Source of the DNA: Eledone cirrhosa | Lineage: Eukaryota | NCBI GenBank assembly: GCA_964016885.1 | Contig: OZ024741.1 | Coordinates: 173,228,001-173,292,000, forward strand | Direction of reading: 5' to 3' | Length of the DNA: 64,000 nt | Part shown: one piece after another, positions 40,546-52,031 of the stretch | How the letters are laid out: each line of letters starts with the position of its first letter | Numbering within the stretch: the first letter of the stretch is position 1 | Notes under the pieces: model-generated | The model's input: the letters and a program-made list of their open reading frames with translations, nothing else | What the model was told of the DNA's origin: nothing | Databases searched by the model: none | Translations under genes and position numbers: made by a program

Positions 40546-43370
40546 ATGAAGACGTCGCATCTCAGAGTTGCCACACTTAATGTTAGCACACTTAATGTTG
40601 GCATTCTCACAAGTAGATCTGGTGAAAGAGTGGAGATGCTGGAGAGAAGGCATGTGGATGTGTGCTGCGTGCAAGAGGTGAGATGGAGAGGTGCCTCTGC
40701 AAGACTAATCGCAGGAAAACATTTTAGTTATAAGCTTTTCTGGGTGGGTAATGATGATGGGTTAGGTAGAATAAGCATTTTACTGGCTGAGAGATGGATC
40801 GATAAGACAATAGAGGTAGTTTGAGTTAGTAATAGAATAATTAAGCTTAGATTAGTTGTAGGCAAGAGACTACTGACAATCATCTCTGCCTATGCTCCCC
40901 AGGCAAGCCTAGGTAAAGAAGAGAAAGACTGCTTTTACGAGCAACCTTTACAAACAGCCGCAATGACAGAGGATGTAGACATCGTTATGCTAGCAGGGGA
41001 CTTCAATGGTCATGTTGGACAGCTCCAGGATGGTTATACTGGGGTACAAGGTGGGCACGTTTCCGGCTCAAGAAATGCAGAAGGAGTGAGGCTTCTTGAA
41101 TTTTGTGATGCAAGTGCACTAACCATTTGCAACACTAACTTCCAGAAACCTGCCAACCACCTAATAACCTATAAATCAGGCGAGCACATAAGCCAGATTG
41201 ACTTCTTGCTAGTTAGGCAGCGAGACAGACAGATGGTGTCAAATACCAAGGCATACCCGGGGAAGAATGTACCCCACAACATAGGTTAGTCGTTAGTGAT
41301 AATTCAGTAAACAAGAGACAGAATGAGACATACAGGAAGGTGTGGAGAAGAAAGGTCTGGAAGCTAAAAGACTTTTCACTAAAATACAAATTTAGGAAAG
41401 CCCTTCAAGATGTATATGACGAAAAAGAAGACGATTTAGAGTTGTATGACATAGATGATAACTGGAATTTCTTACGCGACAACTTACTGCAGGCTACTGA
41501 AAAAAGTTATGGCTGGAGCAGAGCTCCAACCAGACAGTTAGTGACCTGGTGGTGGAACAGCATGGTAGATAGGGCCATTAGAGACAAAAGACTAGCATGG
41601 AATGGTAGGAGTAGAGAAGGATATAAAGACCTCAGGTGTAATTAGCATGCAGGGAGGCTGAGAGTAGGAGATATACCAATGTTCTGCGACGGGAAAATCA
41701 GAGACGTGCGGTGTTCTGCATTGCAAGGCAATGTGTCAGTGCAAATCAGGATGTTGTTGGAGATAAGTGTGTCCGGAATGATGCCGGTGTACTTAGTGTC
41801 ACAAATGATCAGAAAAAGGAGGCCTGGAAATGTCATTATGAGAGACTGATGAATGTGGAGAACGAATGGGAGAGAGAGAAATTACCCCCAGTAGATCCGA
41901 CAGAGGGACCAGCTATTGAGATTGACGAATATAGGGTCCAAGAGGCGATTAAGGAAATGAAAAATGGTAAGGCCACTGGACCGTCGGGGATAGTTGCTGA
42001 GATGCTGAAGTCATCAGGGGACGTAGGCACTAAACTGGTTGCATGCATCATCAATCAGGCTATATATGGCGGTGTCATACACAAAGACTGGTGCAGCAGT
42101 ATTCTCATAAATTGCTACAAAGGTAAAGGGGATGCTCTGGAGAGGAGCAATTATAGGGGTATAAAACTGATGGATCAGGTTATGAAAGTGACAGAAAGGA
42201 TATTAGCGCAACTAATTAGAGAAAGGGTCAAACTAGATGAGATGCAGTTTGGTTTTGTGCCTGGGAAAAGTACAACAGATGCCCTCTTCTTAATGAGATA
42301 ACTACAAGAGAGGTTCTTAAAGAAGAATAAGCCACTATACTTAGCTTTTGTTGACCTAGAGAAGGCCTTTAATAGGGTACCCAGATATGTCATCTGGTGG
42401 TCCCTAAAGAAGCTAGGTGTTGAGGAATGGCTTGTGAGGACAGTGCAAACTTTGTACAGAGGTACTGTCAGTAAAGTCAGGGTAGGAATGGAGTTTAGTG
42501 AGGAATTCCAGATATAAGTAGGAGTACATCAGGGTTTGGTCGTCAGCCCACTCTTGTTCATTATAGTCCTCCAAGCCATAACAGAGGAGTTTAAGACTGG
42601 CTGTCCATGGGAACTTCTCTATGCTGACGATCTAGTTCTTATAGCAGAATCAGTAGAGCAGCTTGAGAATAAATTCTGGCTATGGAAACAGCAGTTGGAA
42701 TTAAGAGGACCGAGAGTGAACCTAGCTAAGACAAAAGTGTTGATGAATAGAAAAGAGGACAAAATATGCAGAAAAGCAACTGGCATATATTCTATAAAAT
42801 GTACACAATGCAGATCTTGGGTACACAAGAGATGTAGTGGGATAGCAGGCAAACTAACAGGTAGGGAAAACTACGTATGCAGTAGATGTACAGGGAAAGT
42901 TGGCAGTAGTAATCGCAGTGATAATCACATTTTTCAAATGCAGATGGGTTCTATAGAAGTGGTTGGTAGCTTCCGGTACCTAGGTGATCAGATTAGCATG
43001 GGAGGGGGGGGGGGGGTTCCGAGGCCATAGTATCTAGAATAAGGACGGGTTGGAAGAAGTTTAGGGAGCTGCTTCCTCTGCTGATGAAGAAGGTTTCTCC
43101 CTGCGTACGAAAGGCCAGTTATATGATGCCTGTATGAGGTGCGCGATGCTGCATGGTAGTGAGACATGGGCAGCAACTGCAGAGGATATGCGACGGCTGG
43201 AGAGAAATGAGTCAAGCATGCTCCATTGGATGTGCAATGTCAATGTGCGTGGATGTGTTGAGAGAAAAACTGTGTCTGAGAGGGATAAATTGTAGTGTGC
43301 GGGAGAGGAGACTGTGATGGTATGGACATGTGATGCGCATGGAGGATGACCAATGGGTGAAGAAGTGCCA
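40546..43370 (+). mobile_element. RTE LINE family B, near full-length APE-RT, disrupted by stops and frameshifts; 3' end replaced by an inverted duplication
   Basis: ATLNV, CVQEVRW, GDFNGHVG, SQIDFLL (APE); NYRGIKL, YADD, FRYLG (RT). Confidence 0.93.
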
Positions 43371-44162
43371 CGTCTCTTGTTTCAGAGAGAACCTGTGGAT
43401 TATTAAAGTGATAGAGTGGACACCAAGGCAGTGGAGAAGAACCAGAGGGCAGCCAAAGGCCAGGTGCCATGATGATCTTGTAGCAAGAGTCGCCTCCCTT
43501 GTTATGACGATGACATCAGCAGCAGTGCTGGTACAAATAGGGGAGTCTGACTGCATCGTCCGAAGAAACCAGACGTCAATAGCTTCGCTCCGGCGATTAA
43601 CCACGTGATGGGATCCCCACCATGGGACCTTCACGTGATAATCACTGCAGTCTATTCTTCGGAACATTAAACATCCAGGTATAACCAAAGCATTTATTCT
43701 TATTATTATTGTTATTTTATCTAATAACCGTGTTAATCCATTTGACAATTTTCCCAATTATAACAATTAAATATAGGAAATTGTCAAATGGATTAACACG
43801 GTTATTAGATGAAATAACAATAATAATAAGAATAAATGCTTTGGTTATACCTGGATGTTTAATGTTCCGAAGAATAGACTGCAGTGATTAGCACGTGAAG
43901 GTTCCATGGTGGGAATCCCATCACGTGGTTAATCCCCAGAGCGAAGCTATTGACATCTGGTTTCTTCGGACGATGCAGTCAGACTCCCCTATTTGTACCA
44001 GCAGTGCTGCTGATGTCATCGTCATAACAAGGGAGGCGACTCTTGCTACAAGATCATCATGGCACCTGGCCTTTGGCTGCCCTCTGGTTCTTCTCCACTG
44101 CCTTGGTGTCCACTCTATCACTTTAATAGTCCACAGGTTCTCTCTGAAACAAGAGACGTGGC
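43367..44162. repeat. Inverted duplication, ~390-bp arms (43367-43754 / 43776-44162), ~21-nt spacer
   Basis: Mirror-image ORFs 43212-43757(-)/43709-44260(+) and 43330(+)/43921(-); a few substitutions between arms. Confidence 0.92.
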
Positions 44163-45000
44163 CATCCCATCTATGTTTGCTTTTCTTGGTGGTCTTGATT
44201 ATGTCATTCATGCCATCTGCTGTCGAATCCAGGTGTTACTCTTCCTGTCATGTAAAGTGATGCCGAGCATGATTCGCTCCATTTTATGCTGAGCCACTGC
44301 AATAATCTCTACAGTGGTGGTGTTGAGTGCCCACATCTCACCTCCATATCTCATCACCAGCAGAACATATTCATTAAACAGCTTTCTTTTGGTTTTCATT
44401 GTTAACTTGAGACTCTAATGATGTTATAAACTATACCAAAAGCTACCCAGTCAAGCACAATCCATCATTTGACCTCCAGAAGTAGGGCAACATTTCTTGC
44501 AAATTTCTTTCTGAGATATACATAACTTCCTTGATGGTCTTTCCATCCATTATATCTGGTGATGGTTTAGCGTGGCTGTTAAACATGATGGATGTTAAAG
44601 CCTACTGGATGGCTCACAGTGTGGATAGCATTGAGCTTCTTCTCTAGTTCCTGTGGTCTATGGTCTATTAGGATGGTGTCATCTGCAAAGTCTAGGTGGC
44701 ATGGGAGTTCACCATCTATGTTGACACCCTTGTTCTCCCAGTTAACTTTGTTGATGATAGCATCTTGTAAACACTAAGTAAACATTCTCGGGTAAATGCT
44801 GTCTCTTTGTCTTGCTCCTCTTTCTAACTTGAGCTTGTTGTTGTCTTGGTGTAATATGGGAGTGGATATAGTGCCATTGTAAAGATCCTTTAGCAGTAAG
44901 ATGTAAGCAAGGTCCACTCCTTGGTTCTTCAGTGCTGTGAATAGTGGGGTGAACTCAATGGAGTCAAATGCCTTTTCATCGTCAACAAAGGCAAAGCAGA
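44040..45000 (-). mobile_element. RTE LINE (family D) RT/C-terminal fragment, degenerate
   Basis: FVDDEKAFDS, FADD, MERIMLGITLHDRK, RWDGHV, W.PR...R.RGQPKAR. Confidence 0.85.
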
Positions 45001-45786
45001 GATCACAGTATATATAATTGTACCCAAGCTTACCACTCCCTATGATCCAGCTAGAGCATCATGATATATATTATTGTAGACTGTAAAAGTTTATACCAAG
45101 AAGATATCTGGATGAAGTTATTGTGGTGATAAAAGAACACATTGTGAGGGAGACATATATAGATAAAGAATCAAAAGCTAAAGTCTGTGGTATTAAATTC
45201 AATAAACAATTGGAAACAATTGAAACTACCATTCTAGTCAATGCTTGGTGGAAAATATCCCTCTTCAATGTGGAAGTAGAATATGATTTTGAAGGATTGA
45301 AGGAAACTAAAGATTCTCATTGTATATTTTAGAATAAGGCAGCAAATTGGTAGAGTCATTTGAACATTAGTTAAAATGTTTCATGGAATTTGTTTTGGTT
45401 CTCTACCCTCTGAGTTCAAATCCTGTTGAGGCCAACTTTGCCTTTCATCCTTTCGTGGTCACTAAAGTACCAGTCCGATACTGGTGTTGGATCTTCCTCT
45501 TTCTCACTCCTTACTCTCTTTGTAAAAAATCGGGTGTGTACATTCATGGAGAGGAGTGGGCTACCAGATGTAAATGCCCAGAACATCACTACAGTGCCCT
45601 TATGATTCAATTGGGAGTTATGCATCCAGTGATGGATGGTTAATTGAGAGAGCAAGTGAAAGATATTACAGAAGCTGGCTAGAAGATACACAGGTTAATT
45701 TTGGACAGTAAATTTTAACAGAAGAAATAGCGAATGAAGTTTTCATATTTTATAAATTGTCTCTATAAATTATGTATATTTTACAG

Positions 45787-45882
45787 GACCCATTGGATTA
45801 TACTATTGAAGTACACTCCAGCTCAGAGACGGTTATAGATGGGGAAAATGTACTTAAAAGCACGGAAGATCTACTTCCTGAA
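45787..45882 (+). CDS. CFAP58: CFAP58-like gene exon (DPLDYTIEVHSSSETVIDGENVLKSTEDLLPE)
   Basis: tatttttacag acceptor, GAA|gtaagt donor, 96 nt, open in phase 0. No recognisable homology on its own; assigned by phase and position. Confidence 0.65.
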
Positions 45883-46249
45883 GTAAGTAGAAAATTTGTT
45901 TAATTATCTGACTTATAACACTGGTTATTTTTTTATTATTAGACTTATAACAACTCTGGTTATTTTTTTATTATTCTGTTGCTTCTGGTTAAATTTATAA
46001 CATACTTAACAACCAGCTTACAGCATAGCGTTTTGTAGCCTCTTACTAGCACTACACCATATCCTTAGCTAGTTGGGAGTTCCTTAGGTACTCTGAATTT
46101 ATATTTTTATTTTTATATTTTAATACAAGATCTACAATCTTATGACCTGGATATTGAAGTAATTTCAGATAAGAATCAAAGCCAAAAATTACATCAGGGG
46201 AAAAAAAAAAGAAAAGAGTAAATTCCATGTTTTTTTAATGTCTTTATCT

Positions 46250-46600
46250 ATAATACAGTCTTTGGCTTGGCAGTATTACAGGGAAACATTACCTGCTCAA
46301 GAAGACAAGCTCTATAGGCATGGAAGTACCAACAGCCGAACCTATCCCAAATCATGCTATCGTCCAGTGTTTACATTGCAGAATTGTGGGCTTGTGCCAA
46401 ACAGCTATTATCATATGTACGTTGCATATGGATGTCATATGAATCTATAATGAAAATTGGACTGTCTCCTTCCCTAAGCAAGGAAGGGTGGCAAGTTTTT
46501 TCTCTGTATAGGGGCTATGGTAAAAAAATAAAGTTGTGTGGGGGACATGAGTTGGGTGGGATTTTTCCAACCTACTAAAGTTGGCGCCAAAAGAATGGAA
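46250..46600 (+). mobile_element. Old Tx1-like 3' fragment
   Basis: QSLAWQYYRETLPAQEDKLYRHG matches QKSLAWQCYRGALPVRDTLYRHG of the 52-57.7 kb element. Confidence 0.7.
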
Positions 46601-47858
46601 CTTCTGGTCCGAAACATTTTGAATAAAGGATTCTTTTACCTGTATTTCTGGAAGGCAGTAAGCTATTAATTCTAAAATGTTGAGCTACCACATAAATGCT
46701 CTTTCATGAAGAGTGGAATTAATCTTACGCAAGGGAGAGTATTCCGTCTGCAAAAGATATGATTTATCTCCCTTACGTTGATTTCTTATCAGAGTGTGTG
46801 TGTGTGTGCATAATTAGAAAATAAAGACCTAAAACGTTTCTGATTAAGAAAATATGTTGTGATATGCATGCTGTTTCACAATACATTAAATGACATAAAT
46901 GAAATAAAGTGAATTAAACCGAAAATCGAATTATATTCGACAAAAGTCATCGAAGGCTGGCTCTGGGAATAAAAGCTGAAATTGTTAATTCTATCTCATT
47001 GTATTAATGAGCATTTATTTTTAGATTTTAAAAAGGATTTAAAAAAAAGCCAAATACACCCCAGTTGTATTTTAACGCAATGCAAACCTTACTCTAACAT
47101 ATCCAGTCCGTTTTTTTTCTTTTTATTGTTATTATTGTTCTTTGTAGGTTGTTCAATAACCTAGGGGGCCTCTGAAGATCTTCTAAAAATGAAGTCTTGT
47201 TCAATGAAAATGTTTATTAACAAAACGTTGTTTTATTTAGTCTGTTTGTTATGCAGACCTATTGTAACCATTACAGTTATCATACAATTCTTCTCCTTAA
47301 GGAGGTGCATGTTATTCCTAAGACTGACTAGGCTGAAGGCTTTGGGCTCACAATGCTATGGTGCAGTGAAAATTGAATTGCCAGAGGGAGTCCAAAAGGC
47401 TCGAAAGTCTAGGGTCCATGCCATGGGTTAATATTGTCTAGTCTTTGAGTCAAAAATCACCATTTTATATAAATTATAACTTATATCATAAATACATGCA
47501 CACACACACACACACACTACCACTATTCCCCCACACATACACACAACCACCACCACCACCTCAGACATATATGCCCCATATACCCACACATATCACCACC
47601 ACCACCACCTAGGACAGTAGTTCTTAACCTATTTTGCTCTGTACTCCCATTGTGACACCTCAAACAATTTTTATTTCTGCCCCATCTCTCATCAATATAA
47701 AACCATGTTAGGTGTTAAAAAGATAAAACACAATAAACCTTTAAAAGGACACATCTCAATATGGCTAAACAATTATTGGACATACACACACACTTTGTAC
47801 ATTATTCTATGTACTATACATACACCTTTGATGAGTTACAGTGCACCTGATCACTGTA

Positions 47859-47896
<38 letters not shown>

Positions 47897-48083
47897 AACT
47901 CACATTGCATATTATGATACATACTATGTCTTATATCATAAGATATAAGCTAACATTGTACATCATATGATAAAAACTAAAAGTTATATCATAAAATACA
48001 AACTGACATTGTATATCTTATGATATAAACTAAAAGTTATATCATAAAATAGAAGCTAACATTGTACATCATATGATCTAAAC

Positions 48084-48402
48084 CAGGGGCATGCAACAGG
48101 CGGGTCGCGGGCCACAATCCAGCCCGCCAGACCAGTCAGAGTGGGCCACGATGACCGTTTTTAATTTTTACCTTGTAGGCTTATTTAGAATTTTTTTCGT
48201 AACCGTTATACAATTTTCTGTTAGTTGACCTATACTAAAGAGCTTCACTGATAGGGTTATATGTGTTATAATTTCCCAGTTTCATGTTATGGAAAGAAGT
48301 TGTTGTGTATCTTTGGAATAGTGCTTAATAAATATTAATGGCCCTAATATTTGGTCCAATGTTCAAAAGTAACCCAATAATGAAATATGTTGCACACCCC
48401 TG
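48084..48402. mobile_element. hAT (Charlie-like) MITE
   Basis: TIRs caggggcatgcaaca / tgttgcacacccctg; 8-bp TSD atctaaac / atctaagc. Confidence 0.88.
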
Positions 48403-48535
48403 ATCTAAGCTATAACTTATATCAATATCATGTACAATGTTACACTTCCCTAATTTTCATTATTGAAGTTGTGCATTTTATTGAATTTTGTGAAGCTAAT
48501 TCTCATTTATCAATTTATATTTCTGTATTTTATAG

Positions 48536-48640
48536 GAAATGAAAGAGGATATCGATGAGGAATTCCTCTCTGATGAAAAGGAAGAACAAACAGTTTATGA
48601 TGACAGCACATTTGATTCTATGGAGAGAGAGTTTCAGGAA
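48536..48640 (+). CDS. CFAP58: CFAP58 (CCDC147)-like exon (EMKEDIDEEFLSDEKEEQTVYDDSTFDSMEREFQE); gene continues beyond the window
   Basis: tattttatag acceptor, GAA|gtaagc donor, 105 nt. DSTFDSMEREFQE resembles the CFAP58 N-terminal motif ESAFEEMERDFQ (recalled, not searched). Confidence 0.7.
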
Positions 48641-49669
48641 GTAAGCACTAATTTTACTTTGAATTATCAGATTCATAACTTTAATAAGCAGTCCTTCTGG
48701 CAAAATGTATAGCATGCCTGATAATCAGCTTACAAAGTGGCAGTTTGAAGTCTGCCACCAGTATTATACTGTGTTTATGGCTAGTCCATATGGCTGATAA
48801 ATAGCTGCAGAGTGTTACATTTGACACACTTTAATCCTTTGTAGATGGGAAACATAAAATTGTTTATCTTGCCTCTCGTGCCCTAAACATTGTTCTTATC
48901 TAGTGGCATAATCCACAAAACCTACTCACCCAAACTCTGGACTGAAATTTCTGGGTCTTGTAATAGCTCATCAAAATAAGTCAAATTGTTACCGTAGCCT
49001 TCCAAGAAAGAAGCCCTATACTAATCCCCTTTCACTTACCTTATGTCACTCCTTTTGCCACTTCCAGCATGCCTCTCATAACCCCACACCCTTATAGCAC
49101 TGCTAAGCTGTCATATCAAATTTGATAACAGTCAAAAGCACTATACAGACGATGTCATCGTCAGCACCACTTCATGTCTGTTTTCCATGCTGGGATGGGT
49201 TGGATGGGTTGTCACAGTCCAAGACAAGATGGGTCAGATATCCATATCTTCCATATTTTGGCATGGTTTCTACAGCTGAATATTCTTCCAAACACCAACG
49301 ACTTTATAGGATGTACTGGGTGCATTTTATTATGGCACCACCACTCACACTTTACAGAATGTCAAGTATTTTATCGTGATACCAGTACCACCATTTTGCA
49401 AAGTGTACTAGCATCAGCATTAAAGAGATTATTAGGTACTCAGCAAAACTGAAGAGTCCTCGCTATTTCATACTGTCTCATTAACCCTTCTACAGAATGC
49501 ACTGGGGGTAATTTATCAAAGCACCAGTATTAGAGAGATTGTCATGTACTCTGCAAGATTGATGAGTCCTCTCTACTGTATATTGTCTCTGTTCAATTTC
49601 CTGCCACTTTACAGAGTGTACTGGGTGTAAAATGTAATGCTCTACTATTGTTTTTGACAATTAACTTAT

Positions 49670-50060
49670 AGTGTCTTTCAGCCTAAGCTTCAAAAGGCAA
49701 ATTCTCCCTCCTAATGGTATAGAGTTAATAACACATTCTGACAGCCAGGCACTTGTGAGTATCCCCAGGCCTGCCTGTGCAGTCATTTCTGGTGCCACAC
49801 CTGATTAGTGGAGTTTCCATTCTCCATCAAAATCTATAGTATCAGAGCCAGGCAACTTTGTTGAGGAAACTCCGACTATATCTAGCCAGTAACATCTTGC
49901 CTCCTCCACTAGTTCCTGCTCCTTACCTGTAAGGGTTGTTATGTTTCAGGTTCCAGTTGCCATGGTTTGCTGCTTTCCAAACCCTCTTTGGGCTCTTGGG
50001 ATATGCAATCTTTGTGCGTCCATTCCATGCCTCCCAAGACAGGTCACAGCCCCATCACCA
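49670..50060 (-). mobile_element. RTE family C 5' part (APE N-terminus), inverted relative to the 50260-51965 body
   Basis: Minus strand reads GT*NITTLTGKEQELVEEARCYWLDIVGVSSTK, an APE N-terminus. Confidence 0.7.
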
Positions 50061-50259
50061 TTTTTTATGGCATAAAATAGAGACTGCAATATAGTTTTTG
50101 GACAGCTAATTCTCCTGAGGCTTGAACATGTATCTTGTTAACCCATGTGAAGGATGATGCGGTATGATTCTTTTTCTTACCTCTCACCATGCTGCAGTTT
50201 TGGTGGTCTTATTCATACCTGTCACTAATCTGGTACTGTCTCAAACCTGCTGTGAGTGG

Positions 50260-51965
50260 TGTAAGTTTATGCACTAAACAAGGAGTCTGAATACAGATCC
50301 TTCTTTGATGAAGTCACTGCAGAGTTAGATGTAATTAAGACTGAGTTATATATCCTAATGGGAGACTTCAATGCACATGTTGGCACTGACCTCCTGACAT
50401 AGAAAGAAATGATTGGAAGGAATGGTGATCCTGATCTAAATACAAATGAAGAGGCCTTACTAGACTTCTGTTCTAGTAATGGACTCTATATTATGAATAC
50501 TCTCTGCCAGCACATTCATAAATATACATGGTATATGGGGAATCAGGGACAGAGATTAATAATTGATTTTGTCATTATCTCTGATCTCTTTGATTCGCTG
50601 CTGCAGGTTCATGTTAAGAGAAGGGCTGAGCTGTCAACTGATCACCATCTAGTTAACTTCAACTTGAAACTGTCTAAAGTCAAGGAAGCCCACAAAACTG
50701 GCAGGTCCAGGTCGACCTATAGGATAAAGTGGGAAGCATTGTTGGATAAGGAAGTCAGGACCAGGTATGCAGATAATATTGCATCCAAATTCAGAGAACT
50801 CACTGTGCAAACTGAGGACATTGAAATGGACTGATTATTATTCAGCTCAGCAGTTCCTGCTTCAGGTGGGTGAAAGAGGCTTGGTGAGGTGCCAGATAGC
50901 AGGAGGACCCCTTGGTTCAATCAAAAGATCAAAGATACCATCCAAGCAAAGAAGGAAGCCTACAAAGCTTGGCTTGGAAATAAGTTCTCCTTCATACATT
51001 GGCAATACAAGCAGGGATGAAGAATCACAGCAGAAAATAAAGGCATCCAAAATAAGCAGAAAATAAAGGCATCCAAAATTAAGACATGAGAAAACTTTAG
51101 GGTTAAACTGGAATCTGACTTCAAATCAGCAAATAAAGTGTTCTGGCAGACTATCTGCTGACTTTGTAATAAGAAGTCTTCCTCCACACCTGCTATCAGG
51201 AATGCATCTGGGTTCCAGAGAGGTGCATCCTCATGAGGTGAAAAGAATACTTTGCTGATCTCCTAAACCTGATCACAACAGCATCTTCTGATGTACATGA
51301 GGTACATCTGGGAGTGATGAGTAATCTCTCAGATGCTGAGATCACAAGAGCAATTAAAGAGCTCAAATGTGGCAAGGCCACTGAGGAGGAGGAAATTCGG
51401 CCCAAGATGTTAAAAGCCTTAAATAGAGAAGGTATTCTCTAGCTGACTCATGTGTGGTGAGTGGCTTTGATCTCTGGAAAGTACCTAAGCAATGGCAATC
51501 GGGAGTGATAGTCCCAATTTTCAAAAAAGGAGACAAGGAAGATTGCTCCAATTGTAGAGGGAATCTCCTTGTTAAGCCTCCCCAGTAAAGTCTATGCTAA
51601 GTCTCTGGCAAGTGATGTAAGGAGATTGCCAAGTCCAAGCTAGCTGATGAACAGTGTGGTTTTAGCCATGGATGCAGCACAGCTGACCAAATATTCACAC
51701 TGTGGTAGATTTTTGAGAAACCATGGGAGTACTGCCAACAGGTGTATTCTTGCTTTGTAGACCTTGAAAAGGCATGTGATTACATTCCATGGGAGTACTA
51801 CTGTGGAAGGGTCTGCAGGAATATGGGATCGATGGTCAGCTTTTTGTTGCCCTGATGCCTCTATGTGAAAGTCTGAGTATTTGTGTTTGCTAAATCAAAA
51901 CCATTCAATATGGGAGTCAGACTCTGCCAAGGGTGCATGCTGTTACCTCTCCTGTTCATGTAATC
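50260..51965 (+). mobile_element. RTE family C (Expander-like) APE-RT fragment, degenerate, cut off at the (TATC)n tract
   Basis: MGDFNAHVG, IGRNGDPDLN, RRAELSTDHHLV, PIFKKGDK, CFVDLEKA. Confidence 0.85.
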
Positions 51966-51969
51966 CCGC

Positions 51970-52030
<61 letters not shown>

Positions 52031-52031
<1 letters not shown>

